Origin: an uncultured virus (IMG/VR IMGVR_UViG_3300025417_000001)
Taxonomy: Duplodnaviria; Heunggongvirae; Uroviricota; Caudoviricetes
IMG/VR virus record: IMGVR_UViG_3300025417_000001
Direction: 5' to 3' (one strand)
Length of the DNA: 64,000 bases
Shown one piece after another: positions 24,562 through 34,303 of this stretch. The notes beneath the pieces were generated by a model, which did not search any database, was not told the origin of the DNA, and saw only the letters and a list, made by a program, of their open reading frames with translations. Every line of letters begins with the position of its first letter. Position 1 is the first letter of the stretch. The translations under genes and the position numbers were made by a program.

Positions 24562-25403
24562 CCTAACCCCTTACATTTAGCGCAACCATCTGTCTTGATA
24601 TTACAAGGTGGTGGCGTACCAGCATTAACAGAATCCACAATCATCTGCGCGGCCTCAAACAAATGTGTTATACCAAAGTCACTCTTACGGATAACAAACT
24701 CTTTATAATCTTGGTTAGGCTTTGCTTCATAGATGATTACTGCTTCTTGTGGGAAGTTTTCATACCCTAGCAGTTCAGCTAGCTTCATGTAAATCTGGAC
24801 TTGGGTAATGTGCTTCATGAATGGGGCGTTGATAGCCTTCCATGTCTTTTCAAAGTCGTAGTCATTCTCTGCCAACAGCTCAGGGCATTCATAACGTAAA
24901 GTTCCTACACCAACTGATTTAATCTCTAGCATCAGTGGTTCACCTAGGTTGACTAACCAACCATCTGCGTGACCTGAGATGCGTAATGGTTCATAGAACA
25001 GGGAAACTTCACGATACTCAAGTGGACCATCGTGACAATCAGAACCGCCCCAGAACATCTCTTCACACTCTAGGCAATACCACTTACCAAATAGAACGCC
25101 CATCTCCTGAAACCACTTCTGCCACTTAGCGTGGATAGAGTGGCCTTCTTCAAAGATAGACATTAACTTTAATCCCGCTTTGCGGGTTTCATTAGGAGTA
25201 GCACCTAGTAACTGAAAGTACGATGCACGGTAACACCAATCATTTCCCGCCATTTCAGACGGATGTAAAACATCTGTTCGTCTGCTTTTATCACGGGGTT
25301 TAGACAGGATATGTCTTTCTACGGAACCTATAACTCTTGTCTCTGCTTTAGCCACTTCAATAAACCTCTTTAATGTTCCGCTTGGTTTGTACTTTGCTGT
25401 CAT
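24558..25403 (-). CDS. Cas4-like PD-(D/E)XK exonuclease
   Basis: HPSE, GHADG, EIKS, QVQIYM, C-terminal Cys cluster. Confidence 0.8.
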   Translation of the reverse strand: MTAKYKPSGTLKRFIEVAKAETRVIGSVERHILSKPRDKSRRTDVLHPSEMAGNDWCYRASYFQLLGATPNETRKAGLKLMSIFEEGHSIHAKWQKWFQEMGVLFGKWYCLECEEMFWGGSDCHDGPLEYREVSLFYEPLRISGHADGWLVNLGEPLMLEIKSVGVGTLRYECPELLAENDYDFEKTWKAINAPFMKHITQVQIYMKLAELLGYENFPQEAVIIYEAKPNQDYKEFVIRKSDFGITHLFEAAQMIVDSVNAGTPPPCNIKTDGCAKCKGLG

Positions 25404-25415
25404 AGGGATAACCTA

Positions 25416-25733
25416 TCACGACTTCCTGGTATTTATCCATTCCTCTAAAGTCAATCCTGCTTTAGAAGCTTTGCGCTTTAATGCGTTGCGCTCACGGTGG
25501 CTCATGCCACCCCAGATACCGTGTGTATCGTCCATTGCATCTGCATAAAGTAAACACTCTTTACGCACAGGGCACTCTGGCAAACCATCTCTGCCATAAC
25601 ACACAGCTTTAGAAATCTCTGCTATTGCTTTATATTTTTCTTTATCTCGTGGAGGGAACCATAAATCTGTTTTCATTCCCTTGCACTTGGCTTTATATCG
25701 CCAAGGTTCTGGTCCGAGGTCTTCTTCGTACAA
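25416..25733 (-). CDS. whiB: WhiB family transcription factor
   Basis: Four Cys, CPVRKEC, GIWGG, ER. Confidence 0.92.
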   Translation of the reverse strand: MYEEDLGPEPWRYKAKCKGMKTDLWFPPRDKEKYKAIAEISKAVCYGRDGLPECPVRKECLLYADAMDDTHGIWGGMSHRERNALKRKASKAGLTLEEWINTRKS

Positions 25734-26050
25734 GTATGCTCCTGAAGAGTTTGGCGCAGTTCTAGAAAATCATCTTCAGTTAGCAATACATAGTTCTCGT
25801 TGTTAAGACTTATACCTAGCACAGGCATACGACTTTCAAGTATTGCTTCCTTGACAATCTTTTCCAGTACTGTCGCTTTGACGGTAAAGGAGGCTTTGCC
25901 TGTCCACTTATGCTCTATGAGCAAATCGTCTGACCTGACATCACCTTTACGACTCCAAAATGCACCGCTTCCAGCGTTACGCTTTCCATCAAATGCTTTT
26001 GCTAATCGTGCCTCGTGCTTCTGAGACTCTTTAAGACCCTTACTCTTCAT
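25673..26050 (-). CDS. PD-(D/E)XK resolvase-like protein
   Basis: HEARLA, GSGA, KGDV, IEHK. Confidence 0.75.
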   Translation of the reverse strand: MKSKGLKESQKHEARLAKAFDGKRNAGSGAFWSRKGDVRSDDLLIEHKWTGKASFTVKATVLEKIVKEAILESRMPVLGISLNNENYVLLTEDDFLELRQTLQEHTCTKKTSDQNLGDIKPSARE

Positions 26051-27092
26051 GCGCGAACTTAGACCCAGCTTTAATTGAATCTAGTACGTCCCGTTCAAGG
26101 GCCTCTTTCAAGTCTACTTCTTCCCGAATGGAGCTAAGCATAGCATCACTACCCTGCCATTGACGTTCGGCATACCGATAGTACGCACCAGCGCGGGTAA
26201 TAACTTTGTTCAAAATACCAATAGATAGAATCTCTTTAGCAAAGTCAAAGTCTCCTGCTGGCAACTCTCCGCCATTAGCAAAGTAGAAGTCAACTAGAGC
26301 CACCTGTGATGGTGGGGCAGACTTGTTCTTTAATACACGAACCTTAATGGTCTGACCTACACGACGCTTATCTTGACCTGTACCTGCTTCAATCCAATCA
26401 TCGCGCTTAATCTCAATGCGGGTGAAGAAGGCGTAATCCTTACCTAGACCACCTGGGGTAGTGCGTGGGTCTCCATACATAACGCCAATCTTTGACCGCC
26501 ACTGGTTAATCATGATGCCGATAAAAGGGCGCTCAGGGTCTACTAGAGACCGCTTAGATGCTTTGCCTACCTTGCGAAAAAACTTATTAGTTAGGAGTGC
26601 TGATCGTCCGACTGTTGACTCTTCCATTTCTTTATCATTCTCTGATGTAGGAACGAGGGCAGGAAGGCTATCAATAACAATGCAATCCACAGCCTTGCTT
26701 TCGGTAATTTGAATGACGGCTTCATAAGCTTCCTCCATGATGTTGGTTGATATTACGTATACTCTAGAAGAATCAACCCCGCACATATCAGCATAACCAG
26801 GAACCCATTGCTCTGCTGCTACCCATACTGTAGTGAACTCTGGGTCACGCTTTTGATTGGCTGCAATAGTCTTGAGGGCAAGTGCTGTTTTACCATTACT
26901 TGCTTCTCCAACGATTTCATGCCATTGATTAATAGGCCATCCACCACCAAGCGCAACATCAACCGCTACTGAACCAGTAGTAATGCGACCCATAACATCA
27001 TCTCTGATGTCTGAACCAAGCACGATTGTGTTATCGCCCATCTTCTTATTGATGGAACTAAATACTTTTGCTAACTCACCTGTTAATGCCAT
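26040..27092 (-). CDS. recA: RecA-like recombinase
   Basis: TTGS..D.ALGGG, GEASNGKT, VIDS, INQ, TTPGG. Confidence 0.93.
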   Translation of the reverse strand: MALTGELAKVFSSINKKMGDNTIVLGSDIRDDVMGRITTGSVAVDVALGGGWPINQWHEIVGEASNGKTALALKTIAANQKRDPEFTTVWVAAEQWVPGYADMCGVDSSRVYVISTNIMEEAYEAVIQITESKAVDCIVIDSLPALVPTSENDKEMEESTVGRSALLTNKFFRKVGKASKRSLVDPERPFIGIMINQWRSKIGVMYGDPRTTPGGLGKDYAFFTRIEIKRDDWIEAGTGQDKRRVGQTIKVRVLKNKSAPPSQVALVDFYFANGGELPAGDFDFAKEILSIGILNKVITRAGAYYRYAERQWQGSDAMLSSIREEVDLKEALERDVLDSIKAGSKFAHEE

Positions 27093-27093
27093 T

Positions 27094-27459
27094 TTAAATG
27101 TGTCCTATGATTGTTGTTGGATTCCATCCGCCTGTTTGGATTTGAACTGCTGGAGTTGCAGGCCCTGATGCTTGACCACCACTACCCACAATACCTTTAC
27201 CTACGCCGCTACCTGACTGTTGAATTGGATACCCACAGTCATAACAACGCTTACGTGATTCAGGGGTAGCACCACCATAATTACCACTACCGCACCCAGG
27301 ACAACGCTCTGGTTGTGGAGTCATCTGTTGACTTGGTGGGTATTGTGAATGTTGTGGTTGCGCATATGTAGCGGGTTGAGGTGCTGCATATGTAGGAGCT
27401 GGTGCCTGTTGTTGTGGTTGTTGCCCTAACTTCTTAGCAAACCAATCTGCATTACTCAT
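27094..27459 (-). CDS. Q/P-rich Zn-ribbon protein
   Basis: CPGC...CYDC. Confidence 0.7.
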   Translation of the reverse strand: MSNADWFAKKLGQQPQQQAPAPTYAAPQPATYAQPQHSQYPPSQQMTPQPERCPGCGSGNYGGATPESRKRCYDCGYPIQQSGSGVGKGIVGSGGQASGPATPAVQIQTGGWNPTTIIGHI

Positions 27460-27913
27460 CGTCTTCTCCTAAGTACATTGTTCTCATATTGATAGTGTCT
27501 TGTTCTACTAATCCTAAACTTAATGCAATTGAAAACGCGCCCATCAATGTAGATAAAGCAATTGCTTTATACACGGTGCCCATACTATCAAGATTTTCCA
27601 TAAGCTCTTCTACATCCCCGCCAGTCTCTTCCATTTCTTTAATATGGATATTAGTTAAGACTTGGGAACTTAACTCTGAAATAGAATCTAAGAAGGGAAA
27701 CAATGGCTCAACAGCATGCAAACGTTCATGGCTATCTTCTTTTTCTTTAGCTTCACCTTCTGGGCTAACTGGGGTTAAACCTAGGCGATCTGCAAGTTCA
27801 TTGACGTTCTCTGTTATAGCGGTGTCATATAAATACCAACGATAGATAGTGCTCATAGGCACTTCGTTAGTTACGATTTCATAATCGTCTTTCTTACGTT
27901 TAAACCAACTCAC
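27452..27913 (-). CDS. hypothetical protein
   Basis: ORF track. Confidence 0.7.
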   Translation of the reverse strand: MSWFKRKKDDYEIVTNEVPMSTIYRWYLYDTAITENVNELADRLGLTPVSPEGEAKEKEDSHERLHAVEPLFPFLDSISELSSQVLTNIHIKEMEETGGDVEELMENLDSMGTVYKAIALSTLMGAFSIALSLGLVEQDTINMRTMYLGEDDE

Positions 27914-29895
27914 TTAGCATCGCCCCATCTCTGTACAACTTTGATATCTGCAATCAGTGGAACATCTAGAAGATGTATATCTTCCATAGCCTCGCGGATT
28001 GCTTCTTGTGTTTTATCCACTAGTGAGTCTGGGGTCAGAGTAACTAATTCATCGTGAACCGTAAGAATTAACTTGGCTTCCTTAGGAATCATATCGTGGG
28101 CCCTAATCATAGCAAGTTTAATAATGTCTGCTGCAGACCCTTGGATACGCGTGTTGAACGCTTGACGCTCAGCACTAGCGCGGAACCCAGTCTGCTTAGA
28201 TGTGATATCAGGCAAGTAACGGCGACGCTTTAGGATAGTTGAGATATAACCCTTATTACGTGCCACTCCAATAACCTTAGAACGGTAATCATTAATAGAT
28301 GGAAACTTAGCCGCGAAATCATTAAGCAACTTCTTAGCCTCATCTACAGTACAACCAATCTGGCGCGAAATCTTATCTGGCCCAACGCCATAAGCAATAG
28401 CAAGAACCAAAGCCTTACCAGCTTTGCGGTCCACACCCATGGTGTTTCCTACAGTGGTATAGATATCCTCATCAGTTCTGTAGTTTTCTAACATGATTGG
28501 GTCTTTAGACATTGAAGCAATGATGCGTGGTTCAATCTGTGAGTAGTCAGCAACTACTAACTTATGGCCATCAGGAGCATAAAACATATTACGAATCAAT
28601 GTGCCATGGTCTTTCTCAGGTGGTAAGTTTTTATTAGGCGCTGGAATGTTTTGTAGATTTGGGTTACGGCTAGAGAACCGACCAGTCTCTGCGCCCCACT
28701 GTACAAAGTCCCCATAGACTCTGCCATTGATAAGCATTGACTCACGTTCTTCAACCTTAGACTTACCGTTGGTTGTCTTAATAACTTCTCCGCCAAGGTA
28801 AGGCACAACGTAAGTGCTTAGTAATTTATTTAAATCTGCATACTCTAAGATGGCTGCAGCCAATTCGTCTTTCTCTCGGAAAGCCTCTAATGCCTCGGCT
28901 GATACTGAATAATCTTTGTAAGTTAGTTGATCTTTGTTCTTCTTGCTACCCGCGCCAGTAAGTATGACTGGCTTAAGTCCACGGCAGCCTTCTTCCTTTG
29001 GACCATACAGTAGCCATTGCTTTTCGCTGTTAGAATTTAAATTAAACACCTGACCTGCAATGCGGTAGATATTAGACCTTACTGCCTCTATCTCTATCTC
29101 TAACTTGGCAGATAAATCCGTTAAGTGTTGTACATCCACAGGGGCGCCAGTAAGTTTCATATCACAGAGAACAGTGAGGACATCCATCTCTAACTTCATA
29201 ACTCGCTCTACTTCAGCGGCTTCAATCTTTGGTGCAAGGGTTTTCCAAAGTAAGAATGTATATTTAGAATCTAGGTATGAATACTTGGCTACCTCTTGAA
29301 ATGAATACTCTTCTACCTTGTGTCCTATGCCTTTTTGCATACTAAAGCCAAGCTCACGCTGTAGGCAATCATCAAGACCTAACTTGCCCTTGTTCTTGTT
29401 GTCATACAAGAAGGAAGCCATAAGAGTGTCAAAGTAAGGACCTACAGGAATACGTCCGCCGTAATACTTAGCAACAGAACTCAAGTCAAAGACTAGGTTG
29501 TGTCCAATTGTCAATATATCGCTATTAAACATCAATGGCTCTAGAGCCTTAAAAACTTCTGCTGGAAACAACTGCACTGGTGCAGGTCCAAATACTTTCT
29601 CTGCTTTCTTATCGTCACGTGAATAGTCAAGAGGGCGCGCTGGTAATCCTGCTGCAACTCTCTTCTCACCTTGTCCTGTAAGTGGACGAATTAACTCTAT
29701 AAAATCTCCATTAGGATGACCTAAAGGAATAACATCCCCGCGCCCGTGAGTGGCTAATGAAATCCAAAGCACCTCGTTAACCGCAGGTATGCCACGAAAA
29801 TCACCTACTGTTTCAACGTCAAAGGCAAACGCATCTTGTTTTAGATAGTACGCAACCATCTCTTTAAGTTGCTCTTTTGTTGTAATTATATTCAA
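27910..29895 (-). CDS. polA: family A DNA polymerase with 3'-5' exonuclease
   Basis: FDVET, TGRFSS.NPNLQN, DYSQIE, R...K.......YG, QGSAAD, VHDE. Confidence 0.95.
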   Translation of the reverse strand: MNIITTKEQLKEMVAYYLKQDAFAFDVETVGDFRGIPAVNEVLWISLATHGRGDVIPLGHPNGDFIELIRPLTGQGEKRVAAGLPARPLDYSRDDKKAEKVFGPAPVQLFPAEVFKALEPLMFNSDILTIGHNLVFDLSSVAKYYGGRIPVGPYFDTLMASFLYDNKNKGKLGLDDCLQRELGFSMQKGIGHKVEEYSFQEVAKYSYLDSKYTFLLWKTLAPKIEAAEVERVMKLEMDVLTVLCDMKLTGAPVDVQHLTDLSAKLEIEIEAVRSNIYRIAGQVFNLNSNSEKQWLLYGPKEEGCRGLKPVILTGAGSKKNKDQLTYKDYSVSAEALEAFREKDELAAAILEYADLNKLLSTYVVPYLGGEVIKTTNGKSKVEERESMLINGRVYGDFVQWGAETGRFSSRNPNLQNIPAPNKNLPPEKDHGTLIRNMFYAPDGHKLVVADYSQIEPRIIASMSKDPIMLENYRTDEDIYTTVGNTMGVDRKAGKALVLAIAYGVGPDKISRQIGCTVDEAKKLLNDFAAKFPSINDYRSKVIGVARNKGYISTILKRRRYLPDITSKQTGFRASAERQAFNTRIQGSAADIIKLAMIRAHDMIPKEAKLILTVHDELVTLTPDSLVDKTQEAIREAMEDIHLLDVPLIADIKVVQRWGDAK

Positions 29896-29963
29896 GTGTT
29901 ATCCCTTAAGGCTGAAGGGCCAGAACCAGGGGATATTGGCCTGACCCTTCAACGATCTAGTTG

Positions 29964-30620
29964 TTAGGAAAGTGAAGCAGCGACTGCTTCAAGCTCTTCC
30001 CATGTTGGTTCTTTGATATCTGCGCGCGTGTACGGCTTGAAAGAAGCAACAGCGGCTTCTGCAGTAGCTTCGTCAATGTTCCAGTCTTCCATCAAATCGC
30101 GAGACTTAACTGGATTGATGTGGTAAGCGGTTGTTTGCATCTTACCTGTACGACTTAGAGCCCAATAGTTCTTTGTTAGAGGACCTTGAGGTGAGAAGTG
30201 TGCTGCATGAAGTGACTTGAATAAACGTGGGCTGGCAATCAACATTTGACGTTGAGGTCCGCCTTCAGTGCTGAGGTTTACGATTGAGAATGCGCGCTTT
30301 TCTTCAGGCTTGCTTCCAAGCTTTACGCATAGTGGATCGTTTTGACCAAGCGAAATGTAAGAACGCTTGCCCTCAGTTTTTTGAGTAAGGAAGTGTTGGC
30401 GATAGACAGCAAATGGGCCATCTTCGTCTAGGAATTTAACTACTTGAAAACCTTCTTGAAATTTAAATTCTGAAGGGTAGTCTCCTGCTGGTGCAATTTC
30501 GGCTGCTGACCAACCTGATTGGATTGCGGTTGTTGCTTGTTGAGTTGGACGGGCTGCAATTGCATCCGTTGTGAACTCATCGTTTTCTGGCAGATATTCT
30601 TCTGTGCGGTTTACGCTCAT
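29964..30620 (-). CDS. putative ssDNA-binding protein
   Basis: VKFLD...YRQHF gp32-like pattern; adjacent to polA. Confidence 0.6.
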   Translation of the reverse strand: MSVNRTEEYLPENDEFTTDAIAARPTQQATTAIQSGWSAAEIAPAGDYPSEFKFQEGFQVVKFLDEDGPFAVYRQHFLTQKTEGKRSYISLGQNDPLCVKLGSKPEEKRAFSIVNLSTEGGPQRQMLIASPRLFKSLHAAHFSPQGPLTKNYWALSRTGKMQTTAYHINPVKSRDLMEDWNIDEATAEAAVASFKPYTRADIKEPTWEELEAVAASLS

Positions 30621-30644
30621 TTTTATTTTATCCTTTATGTTATT

Positions 30645-31118
30645 TTAGTTTGTTTTAGTTTCGGTTGCTCGGATTTGGCTCCAAGCCTCGGCAATCTCAT
30701 TACTGAGTTGTCGGTGTAAAGACCATTCTATACGCTTTACATGAAGAAGTCCAGCCGAGCTAAATAGCTCAACTAGTTTTTCTATCATTGCACGTGAGTA
30801 AAGCCTACGTCCTGGATGCTCTCCACCGTTTTTATTCTTAGTTGAGGGTAGCCTGTAGGGTGCGGCTGGGATGTGCCCTTCTTTTATCCATACACGTATA
30901 GATATAACAGGGCGACCCAATGCCGCCGCAAGTGCACCAATAGTAAACATTTCAAGGTCTCTGCCATTGGGTAACGTTTTCCTGTAGGGCTTTGAATCCC
31001 AGTTGGAATCAGGCTCTACTTCGGGCTTCTTAGCCACTACTGGTTTGCGCTTACGTTTGCTTCCTGGATAGAAGTTATCTAGGTCAGCAAAAGTTGAGTC
31101 TATGAAGTCATCTGTCAT
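30645..31118 (-). CDS. MerR-like HTH DNA-binding protein
   Basis: FTIGALAAALGRPVISIRVWIKEG...RRLY. Confidence 0.7.
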   Translation of the reverse strand: MTDDFIDSTFADLDNFYPGSKRKRKPVVAKKPEVEPDSNWDSKPYRKTLPNGRDLEMFTIGALAAALGRPVISIRVWIKEGHIPAAPYRLPSTKNKNGGEHPGRRLYSRAMIEKLVELFSSAGLLHVKRIEWSLHRQLSNEIAEAWSQIRATETKTN

Positions 31119-31573
31119 TTAACAATGATGCCCATCATATTTTTAGGAAAATCTGTGGCTGCGGTGAAGTGAACATTGAAATCCATTTCTCCTGTATCAG
31201 CGCGGGTAAGACTTAGTTGAGGTTCAATCATACGTAATCTCTTTGCTGGGATTAACAGTATCCCATCTGTGTATCTGATGCAAACTCGGTTATATGCCTC
31301 AGGGTTATCATACATAGGTTCTGTCATCCAAAGCTTCTGTAGCTTCTCTAGTGGAAATCGTACCTCTTCTGTAGAAGGTATACCCATCCACTTAATCTCT
31401 ATATCACCAATGTAATTCTCATAACCGCCCTTTGATGTTTGGTTAACGTGGTAGTCGCACCAGTGAAACCGTGGAGTCGTGTAGAACTTCCAACCTAACA
31501 ACTCTGCAAGTTTGTCTGCAACCTTGCGCTCATTGCTACTGTCGTTGGCGTTCTGCCAAATAGGAGTTGTCAT
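31115..31573 (-). CDS. PD-(D/E)XK-like protein
   Basis: E...CDY...DIEIK. Confidence 0.55.
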   Translation of the reverse strand: MTTPIWQNANDSSNERKVADKLAELLGWKFYTTPRFHWCDYHVNQTSKGGYENYIGDIEIKWMGIPSTEEVRFPLEKLQKLWMTEPMYDNPEAYNRVCIRYTDGILLIPAKRLRMIEPQLSLTRADTGEMDFNVHFTAATDFPKNMMGIIVK

Positions 31574-31974
31574 TTGTTATCTACTAAGAACGCAAAAGAT
31601 TCTTTTGCTGGGAACATTGAATCAATATCATCTTCTGTTAAATGCCCTTCATAGAACGCAGCCATGATTGCTGCTTCGTCTAATGTAGGAATCATCTTAA
31701 TGCACTGGTCGTAGATTTTCTTTTTCTTAAGAACGTTTTCAGCAATAGACATATCTAATGTTTTAGAAACACGGCGTTGCTTTGTAAGGCGCACATCGCC
31801 AATGGTTTCATCTTCTAAATCTAGAACTCGGTGACCTCTATCATCAGGCTCTACTTCGTCTAGAGAAGTTAATAAACGCTTCTTTAATTCAGTTTGGCGT
31901 GTAGTTAAAACGCCAATCTCATCCTTCAAACGGATGTACTGTCGGACGTTTTGCTTTATATCGTTTAGATTCAT
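31570..31974 (-). CDS. hypothetical protein
   Basis: ORF track; RBS gggag. Confidence 0.7.
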   Translation of the reverse strand: MNLNDIKQNVRQYIRLKDEIGVLTTRQTELKKRLLTSLDEVEPDDRGHRVLDLEDETIGDVRLTKQRRVSKTLDMSIAENVLKKKKIYDQCIKMIPTLDEAAIMAAFYEGHLTEDDIDSMFPAKESFAFLVDNK

Positions 31975-32000
31975 TTAATACTCCCCTGGTTAGGAGCACC

Positions 32001-32029
32001 AAATTAGTAGGCTAGAACCTACTTGTCAA
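32001..32029 (-). promoter_or_regulatory. sigma70-type promoter with palindromic spacer
   Basis: TTGACA-17nt-TAATTT; spacer gtagg...cctac. Confidence 0.7.
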
Positions 32030-32168
32030 CTTCTAAGTATTTCTCCAGCGCGTCTATAATTACGCTTGTAACTGTAACGCTTTCAGAGGCAGCTTTCTTC
32101 TGGACGGCCTTCCATAGGTCATCAGGGACGCGGATAGTCCTAGTCGGGGTCTTAGGTGCGTTAGGCAT
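32019..32168 (-). CDS. ribbon-helix-helix protein (49 aa)
   Basis: TPTRTIRVPDDLWKAVQKKA...VTSVIIDALEKYL; leaderless start. Confidence 0.8.
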   Translation of the reverse strand: MPNAPKTPTRTIRVPDDLWKAVQKKAASESVTVTSVIIDALEKYLEVDK

Positions 32169-32177
32169 TAGATAAGT

Positions 32178-33767
32178 TTAAACTATGGAGTTAGCCAAGA
32201 ACTGCCTCAAACTACCCACATTCATAGATATTCCGCCCTGTTCATTAATACCTTCACCATCAATCACCGCGCTTGCTAGGGCATTTTTTTGCTGTAGAGA
32301 TTCCCACTGCCGTTGCTCAATAGAGTTACCAATGATTATGTCTTGGATAACTATTGTTTTCCAAGTTGAAGACGCTCTCTTTATTCTTCCATTTCGCTGA
32401 GTGGCTGTTCCTGATGACCATGGTAAGTCATAGTTAACCAAAAGGTTAGCTGCTGGTAGGTCCACACCATAGCCCCCAGCGTCAGAGCTGATAAGAACCC
32501 TAACAGAAACATCAGTGTTGAATGCAATTTTATTCTCCTCTTTGGTCTTGGCGTCTATTCTCCCTGAGTACAAACGGCATTGCTCTGGTCCTAAGGCCTC
32601 AGCAATCATGTCTAGCATGTCTACATAGGTAGCGAATATAACTACCTTATTAGCCTCATCTTGCTCTAAGAAGTCCTTTACATACTGCACTAGATACTCA
32701 AACTTAGCCGCATGGTTGATATCTTCTAACAGACCCTCATCTACTAATCCCGCAGCATATGCAGAACCTTCACCATTCATCTGATGAAACTTAACCGCGC
32801 TTGTTTCTAATAGTGCATGGTGTGAGCAAAGCATTTTAAGCGCCCCAACCTTAGACATAATCTTTCCACGCATTTCATCCTCTGGTCCACCGCGAGAAGA
32901 CTCTATGCCGTAGTGAGCAAGTATGTTGAAGTTAGAGCCAAACAGGTCTTGAGCTTCTTCTAAGTCAGCTAACAGGTCGTTGACTATTCTTTGATAAAGC
33001 TTGGCACTCTTGCGGTCAAGGTAAATCTCAATAGGGTCTTTATGAATAGCATCAGGTAAGAAGGGTGCAACGTCATCATCTTTCTGCGCTTTACGCACAG
33101 ATGCTTCTTTCATCTTAGTGTGAAGTGTAGGCAAGTTGCGATAATGCTGTACGCCTCCCCAAGAGTTACGCACAATAAACGTAGAATCAAATATGTCAAA
33201 GCGCCCTAAGACAGTAGGGTCTACAAATTGCATAATGCTGTAAAGCTCTTCAGGCTTACCGTTTTCTATAGGAGTGCCTGTGAGTGCAAAACGAAATGGG
33301 GTATTAGATAACTTCTTTACATGCTTTGAGCGCTTAGACCTAAACGACTTAATAGCCGTAGCTTCGTCTAATACTACAAATCCTCTTGGAAGTTCTTTGA
33401 CCTTTTCCCAGTCGTTAACGACTTGTTCGTAATTGAGGATAACGTAATCCACGCCAGAATTTCGCCAATCGTAGGCTTGCTCGTACTGTTCAGCTCTTTT
33501 GGTTCGCGTTCCATCAATGACCAAAGCACGTGAAGTTCCATTGGTAAATTTCTCAATCTGATTAGCCCACTGATATTTAAGTGAGGATAAACAAATTATA
33601 ATCCCTGGCTCTCTAACTTTGTTCTCATCCATCAACCGCTCAATCGCAGCAATAGTGATAACAGTCTTACCTAGCCCTAAGTCGTAAGCCACCAGCATTT
33701 TGGTGCGCTCACACATACGGTCTACAGCCTCAGGTTGGTAAGGAAGTAAAGTTCCTTTGAAGGTCAC
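32178..33767 (-). CDS. SNF2-family helicase
   Basis: DLGLGKT, DEAT, LTGTP, QRNGRIKR. Confidence 0.9.
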   Translation of the reverse strand: MTFKGTLLPYQPEAVDRMCERTKMLVAYDLGLGKTVITIAAIERLMDENKVREPGIIICLSSLKYQWANQIEKFTNGTSRALVIDGTRTKRAEQYEQAYDWRNSGVDYVILNYEQVVNDWEKVKELPRGFVVLDEATAIKSFRSKRSKHVKKLSNTPFRFALTGTPIENGKPEELYSIMQFVDPTVLGRFDIFDSTFIVRNSWGGVQHYRNLPTLHTKMKEASVRKAQKDDDVAPFLPDAIHKDPIEIYLDRKSAKLYQRIVNDLLADLEEAQDLFGSNFNILAHYGIESSRGGPEDEMRGKIMSKVGALKMLCSHHALLETSAVKFHQMNGEGSAYAAGLVDEGLLEDINHAAKFEYLVQYVKDFLEQDEANKVVIFATYVDMLDMIAEALGPEQCRLYSGRIDAKTKEENKIAFNTDVSVRVLISSDAGGYGVDLPAANLLVNYDLPWSSGTATQRNGRIKRASSTWKTIVIQDIIIGNSIEQRQWESLQQKNALASAVIDGEGINEQGGISMNVGSLRQFLANSIV

Positions 33768-34303
33768 AGAAGTCCATTCATCCGCGTCTTAACTAAAGAT
33801 TCAAGGTCTTCTATTGTACCGTTGTTAACAAATATCTGATCTACCTTGTAATCGTCCATCTCTGACTCAGATATGTGGTCGTTTACAGCCTCAACACCTA
33901 AACGCTTTACACGCCATATCTGACCGCCAAAGTGAGTAACCATATTCGCTTCGTTAGTAAAACGCACATCTGTTACAACAATCTTTTCATTTTTTAGGGC
34001 TGGTGCTAAGGCTTGTTTAATCCAAAAATCATCACCAAATACTTTGCGCGCGCCCATACCTAACTTCTGTAACATCGCTCTAATCTCTGGGTTTGTTTTA
34101 GCTTTATCCCAACCAAAGCTATCAACCATAAGTTGAACATTACTATGCGTATCGTAGCCAAGAACTACTTTTGGAGCCATTTCGTATAGAAGTTCGCGAA
34201 TTTTATCCGCGAACGCTACACGTGTGTATCCGTAATTATCTACAAGAATTTTGGCTACAGTGTCTTTTCCACTTTGGGCGTAGCCCGTTAAACCAATAAT
34301 CAT
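33764..34303 (-). CDS. deoxynucleoside monophosphate kinase
   Basis: GYAQSGKDT, FAD, TDVRF.NE, HISE. Confidence 0.88.
   Translation of the reverse strand: MIIGLTGYAQSGKDTVAKILVDNYGYTRVAFADKIRELLYEMAPKVVLGYDTHSNVQLMVDSFGWDKAKTNPEIRAMLQKLGMGARKVFGDDFWIKQALAPALKNEKIVVTDVRFTNEANMVTHFGGQIWRVKRLGVEAVNDHISESEMDDYKVDQIFVNNGTIEDLESLVKTRMNGLL

Noticed and set aside
24558..25403. CRISPR-Cas system from the Cas4-like gene
   Set aside because: Stand-alone phage exonuclease in a recombination cluster; no array or other cas genes.
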